Assembly (NCBI GenBank): GCA_012964335.1
Contig: DTUF01000047.1
Location: 13,817-77,816 of the forward strand
Length of the DNA stretch: 64,000 nucleotides
Origin: Candidatus Poseidoniales archaeon
Lineage (GTDB): Archaea > Thermoplasmatota > Poseidoniia > Poseidoniales > Thalassarchaeaceae
Reading direction: 5' to 3'
Shown: piece by piece, positions 8,639 through 16,471 of the stretch
How positions within the stretch are numbered: the first letter of the stretch is position 1
Layout of the letters: each line of letters begins with the position of its first letter
Notes under the pieces: model-generated
Database searches by the model: none
The model's input: the letters and a program-made list of their open reading frames with translations, nothing else
What the model was told of the DNA's origin: nothing
Translations under genes and position numbers: made by a program

Positions 8639-10927
8639 TCATTGAGGTTTTCTAAGGAGCAAAAAAATCACTCCAATAATAAAGACAACTCCCAGAGCGA
8701 TGTTCATCATGCTCAAATTCTCTACGATTCCAGATTTCTGTGGTGTTTCTGATTCGATGCCGCTAGAATCCTCATCGTCATCATCATCGATGGGCGGGTC
8801 ATCATCATCTACTGGAGTTGTATCGGTAACATTGGTTTGGTCATCTTCAGGCATCGGTGTCTGATCACAATTGTCAGGAATTCCATCGCCATCTTGGTCG
8901 AGCAAGTCATTGTATCCAGCACACTGGTCATCGGCATCAGATATCCCATCCGCATCCGAGTCAATCAACGAATCACAACCATCTGCAATTCCATCTGCAT
9001 CTACATCCACGGTGTCGTCAAATCCGGGGCAGGCATCAGAGGAGTCCGCCACACCATCTGCATCCGAATCTATCAGAGTATCACAGCCGTCTGGAGTTCC
9101 ATCTGCATCTACATCCACGGTGTCGTCAAATCCGGGGCAGGCATCAGAGGAGTCCGCCACACCATCTGCATCCGAATCTATCAGAGGATCGCAACCATCG
9201 GGAATTCCGTCCTCGTCAACATCGATTGCGTCATCAAAACCTGGGCATGAATCCAGCGAATCCGAGATACCATCGCCATCCGAATCTATCAGAGAATCGC
9301 AATCGTCTGGAATCGAGTCGCCATCAATGTCAACATTATCGTCAAATCCACTGCAGAGATCTACATTGTCCTTGACACCATCTCCATCAGAATCATCGAT
9401 GCAGCCATCCCCATCAGAATCCCAAGGAATGGACTCTTCATTGCTGCAATCATCCGTCCAGGATTCAACATAATCGCCCGGTGTCATATCCTTACCGACA
9501 AATGCGGGGAATGAACTGTTGTAGCGATTAGTCTTGAACACCTTATTCATGTTACTCTTCCCATTTGGATTTTCAGGGATGTCGTCACCCTGATTCAGGG
9601 GCCCGTCACCAATCACTGGATTGATGTATTTCCAGACGACTTCGCCTTCCGGATTGACCTCAAATAACGTGCCACGCACACCCCATGTCACCAATGTGTT
9701 ACCATTCTCCAATCGCTCTACACCTCCCAAGGAGGATGCAAACATACTCGTACCTTGATCCCAAGACCAACTCGGTGCAGCAGGCCCCCAAGAACTGCCG
9801 GATTGCAAGACATATTCGCCATTGACCAGAGGTGGGGAAATGACATCGGCTGAAGAATAATCTCGTCCATGTCCATTGTTGAAGACAATCAAATCACCAG
9901 CACCGAGGCGTCCTTCATTGATCCACTGAATGTCATGTTGGCCGAACAGTTGCTGATCATTATTTGTCCCCGCGCGATAGGCTTCTGGATTGCCCCAGCG
10001 ATAGAGGATGTCTCCACCCTTCCCTGAGTTGCCACCGGTATGTCCAGCAGCTTCCTCTGTTGTCGTGCTATGATCGATGATGTAAATCTCGTTCACATTC
10101 CTACAGGACAATACAATTTGGTCCAAGATTGGGTTGTAATCGATGCCATTGCAATGCATCCAATCACTCTTGTATGGGTTAAGGGTGTCTGGTGAATCAA
10201 CGAAGTTGATGTCGAGTAATTCAGGGTGATCGCCAACGACGCCATAGTTGTCCTTGGCGGAATCATACTCCTGAATCAGATGGTCCCAGATGTTCCACTC
10301 CCACACGAATATGGCTGACCCGGTTCCGACGGGTTGAACCTCCACGATCTTGTCGGGCCAAAGGGTGTCTTGGCTCATCTTGTTGGGGTTGCGTCCTGCT
10401 TGTTGGGCTTCTGCTTCGCTTTTGAAATCCCACGCGATTATCAGAAAATTCCCATTGGGCAATGGTTCGATATCGTGATGGCTGCGATTGGTCTCTCCGG
10501 GGTAGAACCATTCCCATTCCATTTGGCTGTCCCAAGACAGACGCTCAATCTTACCAGCAACCCCGTTGCCATCATGATCAAAATTGGTACCAAGGTTGAC
10601 CGTTCGCAGCAAATCTCCATCCTCGAGCATGTAGGCCGACATACCGGGGGGAAGCCCACTAGGAGATGTCCACGAGTGAACCATTCGCCCATGTGCGTCA
10701 ATGAGGTATGTGCTCTCGGATGCCATCGGAGCGAAGAGTGTGTAATCCTCATTCACACGATTATCGCAATAGATGAGCCCGACAGTCCATGTGGTATTTC
10801 GATTGGCATTACAAATGGGTTCAATCGCAATGTCAGGTGAGAAGTATGCACCAGTGTGGGCGAGATTTCCTACTGGAAGAAGAAATGAAAAGAAAAGCAT
10901 TGAAACAAGGCAAAGACTCTTTTTCAT
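8639..10927 (-). CDS. Secreted arylsulfotransferase (ASST)-like beta-propeller protein with C-terminal TSP3 Ca-binding repeats, acidic stalk and TM anchor
   Basis: Signal peptide 'MKKSLCLVSMLFFSFLLPVG'. ASST-like blocks 'HHDIEPLPNGNFLI', 'DWMHCNGIDYNP', 'NEIYIIDHSTT', 'GGDILYRWGNPEAY'. Repeated 'DSDxDGxxDxxDxCPGFDD'. D/E-rich stalk and terminal 'ALGVVFIIGVIFLLL'. Confidence 0.65.
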   Translation of the reverse strand: MKKSLCLVSMLFFSFLLPVGNLAHTGAYFSPDIAIEPICNANRNTTWTVGLIYCDNRVNEDYTLFAPMASESTYLIDAHGRMVHSWTSPSGLPPGMSAYMLEDGDLLRTVNLGTNFDHDGNGVAGKIERLSWDSQMEWEWFYPGETNRSHHDIEPLPNGNFLIIAWDFKSEAEAQQAGRNPNKMSQDTLWPDKIVEVQPVGTGSAIFVWEWNIWDHLIQEYDSAKDNYGVVGDHPELLDINFVDSPDTLNPYKSDWMHCNGIDYNPILDQIVLSCRNVNEIYIIDHSTTTEEAAGHTGGNSGKGGDILYRWGNPEAYRAGTNNDQQLFGQHDIQWINEGRLGAGDLIVFNNGHGRDYSSADVISPPLVNGEYVLQSGSSWGPAAPSWSWDQGTSMFASSLGGVERLENGNTLVTWGVRGTLFEVNPEGEVVWKYINPVIGDGPLNQGDDIPENPNGKSNMNKVFKTNRYNSSFPAFVGKDMTPGDYVESWTDDCSNEESIPWDSDGDGCIDDSDGDGVKDNVDLCSGFDDNVDIDGDSIPDDCDSLIDSDGDGISDSLDSCPGFDDAIDVDEDGIPDGCDPLIDSDADGVADSSDACPGFDDTVDVDADGTPDGCDTLIDSDADGVADSSDACPGFDDTVDVDADGIADGCDSLIDSDADGISDADDQCAGYNDLLDQDGDGIPDNCDQTPMPEDDQTNVTDTTPVDDDDPPIDDDDDEDSSGIESETPQKSGIVENLSMMNIALGVVFIIGVIFLLLRKPQ
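8991..9185. repeat. Tandem 108-bp coding repeat (36-aa TSP3 unit); two copies share an identical 87-nt stretch
   Basis: 8991-9077 and 9099-9185 are identical by eye ('ccatctgcatctacatccacggtgtcgtcaaatccggggcaggcatcagaggagtccgccacaccatctgcatccgaatctatcaga'). More diverged copies with the same period extend over ~8880-9420. Confidence 0.9.
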
Positions 10928-10964
10928 GTTCAGCGGATGAACGCCTTCTTCATTATCTTCTCTA

Positions 10965-10980
10965 TTTCAAAACTTTGAAA
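10965..10980. promoter_or_regulatory. Inverted repeat TTTCAAA-AC-TTTGAAA in a divergent promoter region
   Basis: 7-bp arms with a 2-nt spacer, located between the ASST-like gene (start 10927, minus) and the PLC-like gene (start 11042, plus). The regulatory role is inferred only. Confidence 0.25.
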
Positions 10981-11041
10981 ATGATTTAACGATGTAAATC
11001 CTGCCGATAACATCAGAATATCCCACGTCTTCCGAGCAACA

Positions 11042-12085
11042 ATGGGAAAGGTTGCGAGCCTCTTACTGGTTCTAATTATGCTTGGCTCGGTGCTTGTTGG
11101 GTGCTTGCAATCTTCTGAAATAGTATCATCAGACCCTATTCCTGAGCCTCTGCTAGAAGATGAGCCTGAATCCGAGCCTAATCCTGAGCCATTAGTTAGA
11201 AATTTTGACCACGATGGTGATGGTTTCACTACAGGTTGGGAATTAGATAATGGCTGGGACCCTGAGGACATTATTTCCTCACCAGCCTGCAACTCATTCC
11301 GGGAACTTTGCAGTAGGGGTGTGAATGAAACAGTCTGGGCAACTACCCACAATTCACATGCATCATATGATCGTAATCACAACATCTTGAGTGGGAGTCA
11401 ACGAACTAATATCACAGCGCAAATGCAAGGCGGTATCCGCGTCATCAATCTTGATGTTCACGAATACAATAACCAATCAATGCTGTGTCACGGCGGCTAT
11501 GATTATCCTCTTCATCCATGTTTTATCAGTGGGAATTGGCCTTTAGAGGATGCTTTTTTAGAGGTGGTATCATTTCTTGAGAACAACTCATTTGCAATTC
11601 TAATCATCACTCTTGAGAGTTATATCACCGCTCAGGATTTAGCAAATGCATCTGATTCAACCCAATTAACACCCTATTTCCATAGCCAAGAATTAGGTTC
11701 TCAATGGCCAACTTTGGCTACCCTCATTGAATCGGGTAAAAGAGTTATTTTGTTCAGTCAAGACCGTCCAGAGGTTGACATTTCGTGGTATCACTATGAT
11801 GGGGACTACATGGCAAAAACACACTGGGCATACAATGACTCGTCCTATTTCACCTGTGAACTAACGCGTGGCAATGTCTCAAGTCCATTACGTTGGCTTG
11901 ACCATTTTGTGACTGACCCATTATCCTCTGAGTCTGCTTCAAACGCTACCAATCAGGTTTCGGTTGTTGTTGAACGGGCAAACAATTGCACTCAGCAATG
12001 GGGACAGATTCCTAACTTTATTGCAGTAGATTTTTGGGGTCAAGGCGACATTGTGTTAGCCGTTGAAACCCTAAACGGTTTCTAA
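11042..12085 (+). CDS. Secreted, putatively lipid-anchored PLC-like phosphodiesterase (PI-PLC X-domain-like)
   Basis: Signal with lipobox-like 'LVGC'. 'DHDGDGFTTGWELDNGWDPED' Ca-binding-like motif. 'TTHNSHASYD...QMQGGIRVINLDVHE' resembles the PLC-like TIM-barrel signature (HNSY...Q..GvR.leLDv). Confidence 0.55.
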   Translation: MGKVASLLLVLIMLGSVLVGCLQSSEIVSSDPIPEPLLEDEPESEPNPEPLVRNFDHDGDGFTTGWELDNGWDPEDIISSPACNSFRELCSRGVNETVWATTHNSHASYDRNHNILSGSQRTNITAQMQGGIRVINLDVHEYNNQSMLCHGGYDYPLHPCFISGNWPLEDAFLEVVSFLENNSFAILIITLESYITAQDLANASDSTQLTPYFHSQELGSQWPTLATLIESGKRVILFSQDRPEVDISWYHYDGDYMAKTHWAYNDSSYFTCELTRGNVSSPLRWLDHFVTDPLSSESASNATNQVSVVVERANNCTQQWGQIPNFIAVDFWGQGDIVLAVETLNGF

Positions 12086-12104
12086 CGATAAAATTGCAAA
12101 GCCA

Positions 12105-13151
12105 TCAGTGGCGGAATCCAGACCATCTGCCTTCAGAAGGAGGTCTTTGGAGAGCAAGGTAACACCACTTATCGTTAATTTGGAATCCACATAACCAAAT
12201 TTTGTGTACCCCATTAGCGAGTCGTGCTGCTAAGCAAGCTTGAGCCCAATCATGAGGTGCTAACCATTCAGGTTGAAGTAACCAAGGCGCATGCTCCTCT
12301 CCTATTGAAAGTTCGTAGAGTCGCCAACGAGTACCAAATTTGAATCCTGAACGAGGGAGAAGTTTTCTGACTAGAATGTCTCTCAGTAATGAGATGCTTC
12401 CATTTTCATCTGCAGCATCTTCTAAGATTCGGACTTCATCTTCGTCAAGCCACTTACCCTCAGGAAGGGGTGTTCCAATTTGTTCGGGGAGTTCAATATC
12501 TCGTGGCATAAAGGCACCATCCCATCGCCCACCAACCAAACTAGGTTCAGACTCGAGAAGTTCATCTAATTCAATTTCAGGCATAGCCCCAGCCGGTTCG
12601 GCTGGATTTACTCTGTATGTGGTTACTCCCATCTCTTCGTCAACAATCAGTACTTCCGCTATTCTGCCAAGTGCTGTTACTTCAGCCGCCCAACTGTACA
12701 GACTATTCCATTGAATTGGCTCAAAATCTCTCACCCAAATAACTTCAGCAGCCGCCAAACCAGTTTTGAGATTTGAAGAGCGTGACCATCGTAATGCCCA
12801 ACTACCATCTGAAACAATTGTTTTTGGAGATATCTTAGTGACATTATTTGCTAAAACAACCTGTTCACCAGGTACCCTCATTGCTTCTAAGGCGGCGGTT
12901 TCATGCAATAATTCAGCAGATTCAACTAATTGTTCTGATAACCATTTTTCAGCCATCTCGAGATGTCTGTGGCGGTTACAAAAAAGAACTTCACACGGTT
13001 GCAACAATAATTCATTTTTTGGAAGTGGAATCCCTATGCCGGATTTATCAAAAAGTCTCTGTGCAGCAGGTCCTGAAAGCACCCAGCCATCAGAATTTTG
13101 CACGCAAGGGCCAATTGACCGCCCTTTCGCCGTGCCCTTCTCCATGACCAC
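12105..13151 (-). CDS. endA: tRNA-splicing endonuclease, two-domain (tandem-fused) type
   Basis: The C-terminal catalytic unit 'RSGFKFGTRWRLYE...GEEHAPWLL...RLANGVHKIWLCG' matches M. jannaschii EndA 'GFKYGTHFRVY...HSKYLV...RLAHSVRKKLVLA' (Tyr/His/Lys triad present). The 348-aa length fits a degenerate N-terminal repeat plus a catalytic C-terminal repeat. Confidence 0.75.
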   Translation of the reverse strand: MVMEKGTAKGRSIGPCVQNSDGWVLSGPAAQRLFDKSGIGIPLPKNELLLQPCEVLFCNRHRHLEMAEKWLSEQLVESAELLHETAALEAMRVPGEQVVLANNVTKISPKTIVSDGSWALRWSRSSNLKTGLAAAEVIWVRDFEPIQWNSLYSWAAEVTALGRIAEVLIVDEEMGVTTYRVNPAEPAGAMPEIELDELLESEPSLVGGRWDGAFMPRDIELPEQIGTPLPEGKWLDEDEVRILEDAADENGSISLLRDILVRKLLPRSGFKFGTRWRLYELSIGEEHAPWLLQPEWLAPHDWAQACLAARLANGVHKIWLCGFQINDKWCYLALQRPPSEGRWSGFRH

Positions 13152-13236
13152 CCCCCCACCCTATCAGACTTGAGTCCTTTCCCCAAATCACCCCTCACAT
13201 TTGATAGGAGGTAGCCACCCACCGAACTTGAGGAAC

Positions 13237-14016
13237 ATGGCTACCCCGGGCAAACTTGGTGAGTTCACGGTCGAACAGCGAGTCCTGATTCACTTGTTTG
13301 AGCACCCCAAAAACCGTTCCCAATGGGATGGCAAAAGAGAGCAAACTCAGGCTGGCATCAGTTGTGCTGTTGGGATTGCACGAAAGCATCTTCCTCGAAC
13401 TTTGAAATCCTTGATGTCGCAGGATTTAGTTGAGGTTGAAACCCGCCATGTTGCGGGCTCAAAACAACGTTGTAGAGTCTATTTTCTAACTCCAGTCGGG
13501 GTTGGGGCCGCTGAGCCGATGCGAGTTAACTTGGCGACAACAGAAATTTCTGTTGATGGAAGTACCACAACTTTTGGCAATTTAGCAGGCCATGAGTTGC
13601 CATATTTACATGTATTAAGCCATCTCAGTTCAGATAACTTTTACGACCCGAATATGCATGATGGTGAAATGGATGAAGACTCTCCATGTATTGACTTATA
13701 CAGAAAAGTGTTGCACCGCGCTTGGAACGATGGCATATTAACTGCAGATGAGCGAGGAATGTTGGATGACATATCATTACATCTATGTCTTGAGCCAGAT
13801 GATGTTGAAAAGGTGGAATCCGAAGTATCTTCACAGCGAATTAATTCGGATGACCAGCAGAGACATACTTTCATTGAAGTGCTTGAAGTTGCTTGGCAAG
13901 ATGGTTTCATTTCTGATGATGAACAAGAGATGTTGGATACTCTTGCCAAGTCATTAGGAATAGATGCAGAGCATGCCGCACAGGTGCAATTAGAATGGAT
14001 TATTCGCCATTCGTAA
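13237..14016 (+). CDS. Winged-helix DNA-binding protein with two C-terminal TerB/DjlA-N-like repeats
   Basis: N-terminus 'QRVLIHLFEHP...ISCAVGIARKHLPRTLKSLMSQDLVEVETRHVAGSKQRCRVYFLT' looks like a wHTH. Two repeats follow: 'AWNDGILTADERGMLDDISLHLCLEPDDVEKV' and 'AWQDGFISDDEQEMLDTLAKSLGIDAEHAAQV'. ATG at 13237 preferred over TTG at 13201. Confidence 0.5.
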   Translation: MATPGKLGEFTVEQRVLIHLFEHPKNRSQWDGKREQTQAGISCAVGIARKHLPRTLKSLMSQDLVEVETRHVAGSKQRCRVYFLTPVGVGAAEPMRVNLATTEISVDGSTTTFGNLAGHELPYLHVLSHLSSDNFYDPNMHDGEMDEDSPCIDLYRKVLHRAWNDGILTADERGMLDDISLHLCLEPDDVEKVESEVSSQRINSDDQQRHTFIEVLEVAWQDGFISDDEQEMLDTLAKSLGIDAEHAAQVQLEWIIRHS

Positions 14017-14053
14017 ATAGGTGGGTTGATTTGGCGTCGGCCTTTCGCGCAGT

Positions 14054-15127
14054 TTGACAGGGGTTGGCGCGGTGCTAGACGAAGTAGTGCAAAACGAGAT
14101 TGACCTGCTACGGTCACTTCACGAAATGGTAGTAAATCCAGAAGAAAAACCGGTTCTTTTGATGGGTGACGTAATTCTTGACCGCTACTTTCACGGGTGG
14201 GCGAATCACCTCAATTCTTTTGCACCGGTTCCGGTTGTTAAGGTAATCAACAAATCTGAGAGTGCGGGGGCTGCTGCCCATATCGCTAGAGGATTAGTTA
14301 ATCTAGGAATGAATGTCAGATTTTTCTGTATTCTTGGCGGAGACGAAAATGGTCAAATTATTGCCCAGCAATTACATGAAGAGAAGGTGGATACTTCCGA
14401 TATTAGAATCGCTGCTCACCTCTCCACAGTTGCAAAAACTAGAATTTATGGTTCGCGTGAAAGTTTGATTGACCGTAATCAATTAATTCTACAGTTTGAT
14501 GAAGAATCTAGTGAAGAGTATCCTGAAGGAGTTATTGATAAATTGACAAAGGCGGCTTGTAAGGCTCTTCCAGGTTCTTGTGCGGTTGTCCTAAGCGATT
14601 ATGGCAAAGGAGTAGTCAGTGATGCGGGGGCGGCTGAGGTGATCGCTACAGCTAAGGCGTCAGAAGTTCCCGTAATCTGTGACCCTAAACTAACTGGCTT
14701 ACATCGGACAGTGGGTGCTACCGTAGCGATGTTCGAAATACGAGGGTTAGAATTGCTACGAAGGCGTAGCAATCTACCTGATGCTGAATCAACCGCAGCC
14801 CACTTCATTGAAGAACACGATTGGCAAGGTATGTTGGTCTTAGGCGGAGAAGATGGTACAACCTTGTATCAAAAAGATGAGGACCCATTGTTCTTGCCTT
14901 GTTTAATTGAAGTTCCACAACAACTGATTGGATTACATGATGCTGCTGCAACTGCACTTGCTTGTGCTTTAGGTGCAGGTAGAACGCTTGCTGAAGGTGC
15001 AAGATTAGCTAACGCCGCATGCGAATGTGTGTTAGCGGCTGAAACCAGCCGTGTAGTTCTTGACCGCAAGAAATTAATGACCCGTCTAGATGAATTATCA
15101 TGGCACTTCCAGATTTCAGACCGCTAA
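14054..15127 (+). CDS. PfkB-family carbohydrate kinase (RfaE domain-I-like)
   Basis: 'VLLMGDVILDRY...PVPVV....ESAGAAAHIARGLVNLGMNV' plus the C-terminal 'GLHDAAATALACALGAG' anion-hole-like region are typical of ribokinase/PfkB-fold kinases. Confidence 0.6.
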   Translation: MTGVGAVLDEVVQNEIDLLRSLHEMVVNPEEKPVLLMGDVILDRYFHGWANHLNSFAPVPVVKVINKSESAGAAAHIARGLVNLGMNVRFFCILGGDENGQIIAQQLHEEKVDTSDIRIAAHLSTVAKTRIYGSRESLIDRNQLILQFDEESSEEYPEGVIDKLTKAACKALPGSCAVVLSDYGKGVVSDAGAAEVIATAKASEVPVICDPKLTGLHRTVGATVAMFEIRGLELLRRRSNLPDAESTAAHFIEEHDWQGMLVLGGEDGTTLYQKDEDPLFLPCLIEVPQQLIGLHDAAATALACALGAGRTLAEGARLANAACECVLAAETSRVVLDRKKLMTRLDELSWHFQISDR

Positions 15128-15199
15128 GGTGGATTAGATGAATTCCTCAACATTGAGGTTCCAGCCCAGAACGAAAAACCAAAACATGGAGAGCATGAT

Positions 15200-15673
15200 A
15201 TGAGTTGGTGGATAATGCCAACAACTGCTGATGTAGGCATCCGCGCATTTGCCGCTACAAAAGAAACAGCCATCCAAGAGGTTACCTTGGGGATGCAGTC
15301 AATTCTATTGTCTGAAAAAGGGGAACAAGAACTGTCAGAGCTCACAAGACACACAGGTGAATGGAGTGTGGAGATGGCTAATAGTTTGGATAATACCATG
15401 GTGGCATGGCTTGAAGAAGTACTTTACCAAGGAGAAGTTGAAGGTCGATGGTTGGTTGATTTACAAATTCAGTTAACAGAACAATCGCTCAATTCTCAAG
15501 TTTCATTTGCTAATGCGGATGATGTCGAAAGAGAGGTTGAAATCAAAGCAGTAACTCGTCATGAACTCATTCTCTTTGAAGTTCCAGCAGGTATTGAATT
15601 TCCAGGGGTTGCGCCAGATATCCCTACCTTCGAAGGTCCGGGATGGATTGCTCAAGTTATCTTTGATATCTGA
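15200..15673 (+). CDS. Archease (RtcB tRNA ligase activator)
   Basis: 'PTTADVGIRAFAATKETAIQEVTLGM' (archease 'HTADIGIRAYG') and the C-terminal 'VEIKAVTRHELILFEV...AQVIFDI' (archease 'KAvTyH...vvDI'). Confidence 0.8.
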   Translation: MSWWIMPTTADVGIRAFAATKETAIQEVTLGMQSILLSEKGEQELSELTRHTGEWSVEMANSLDNTMVAWLEEVLYQGEVEGRWLVDLQIQLTEQSLNSQVSFANADDVEREVEIKAVTRHELILFEVPAGIEFPGVAPDIPTFEGPGWIAQVIFDI

Positions 15674-15679
15674 AAATGA

Positions 15680-15992
15680 AAAGTGGGCGCGCCCGAGGTG
15701 GACGCTCGTTGCCGCTTCCGAAAATGCCTCCGTCTTCTCAACCCCGGTACCCCAAGGCACCCAAAGTTCCGGGTTGGGCTGCTCCATTCCTGGCCTCACC
15801 TGATTCCCCGGCTAGAGGTGTTAGCAGATTCCCTCCGGAATCCGTTCTTCCAACCTGAGTCACTTGGGGGCGAGGTATCAGCGTCCACGGTTGCTACGTC
15901 CACGGCTCGTCTGCGCCGCCCCCGGGCTTCGGATCACCAGTTGCGATTTGTGATATAGGGAACGCCAACTCCCCTCCTAGCCCAGTCAACCG
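15680..15992 (-). ncRNA. ffs: Signal recognition particle RNA (archaeal 7S/SRP RNA), ends +/- ~20 nt
   Basis: GC-rich island in an otherwise AT-leaning genome. The minus-sense 'GGUGAGGCCAGGAAUGGAGCAGCC' (plus 15777-15800) matches the universal helix-8 motif 'GUCAGGUCCGGAAGGAAGCAGCC' with a GGAA tetraloop. Alu-like 5' domain: helix 2 GGGCU/AGCCC, hairpin AGGGGA-GUUGGCG-UUCCCU, hairpin AUCAC...GUGAU. Long-range helix-5 pairing GUGGACG/CGUCCAC and CGAG/CUCG. The 3' end is followed by U-rich 'CUUUUCAUUUUC'. Confidence 0.75.
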
Positions 15993-16049
15993 GCGATGGT
16001 TAGCCCATTTGAACCTCACGCTAAGTGAAGGGGGTTCGTGACACTGTGT

Positions 16050-16433
16050 TCATTCGGCTTCGTATTTGGATGGGCAACCAGTGATTATCTCATCTGCACT
16101 AAGAGTCCATTCTCCACCGTGATTACTCAATATTCCTTTGATTGCCACAACTCTACCTTCCTCGAATGCAGGAGGAATTGCAACTCCAGCAGCATTAATG
16201 GTAAGATTATGTGATTCGCCACTAATTAAGAAGGTTCGATTTACTGAATCAAAAGAACCTATTGCTACTGTACCTCGCAAATGTAAATCACCATTATCAA
16301 ATTGAGAAGGGGAATCCATTACTTCGTCGACACTATACTGAATTGCAGGCTCATTGCCGACCATTACTAGTGCTAAAGAAACTACAACGAAAAGCCCGAT
16401 AATCCCTAGGCGGGCGCGTCGACTTAGGGCCAT
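16050..16433 (-). CDS. ccmE: Cytochrome c maturation haem chaperone CcmE, CxxxY variant
   Basis: N-terminal TM anchor, then OB-fold blocks 'LHLRGTVAIGS', 'FLISGESHNLTINAAGVAIPPAFEEGRVVAIKG'. The C-terminal 'GCPSKYEAE' (CPSKY at 16062-16076) replaces the bacterial HxxxY. Confidence 0.75.
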   Translation of the reverse strand: MALSRRARLGIIGLFVVVSLALVMVGNEPAIQYSVDEVMDSPSQFDNGDLHLRGTVAIGSFDSVNRTFLISGESHNLTINAAGVAIPPAFEEGRVVAIKGILSNHGGEWTLSADEIITGCPSKYEAE

Positions 16434-16471
16434 AATTCACTCCGTGAGCGCATAGTCAATAAATCTGACCA

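Noticed and set aside
8837-9473. Three overlapping plus-strand ORFs (137, 172 and 200 aa) with repetitive H/S/P-rich translations
   Set aside because: They are antisense to the TSP3 repeat region of the 762-aa minus-strand gene. D-rich GAT/GAC codons are stop-free on the opposite strand, and the translations are low-complexity.
10930-11352. 140-aa minus-strand ORF
   Set aside because: It overlaps the 5' part of the plus-strand PLC-like gene, which has a signal peptide and recognisable catalytic motifs. The minus ORF is S/G-rich with no features.
12340-13173. Plus-strand ORFs of 124, 135 and 99 aa
   Set aside because: They are antisense to endA, whose catalytic motifs are clear.
15503-15958. 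ORFs 15503..15799(-), 15561..15803(+), 15676..15858(+) and 15683..15958(+)
   Set aside because: They overlap the GC-rich SRP RNA gene. R/P/G-rich translations are typical of ORFs read through a structured RNA.
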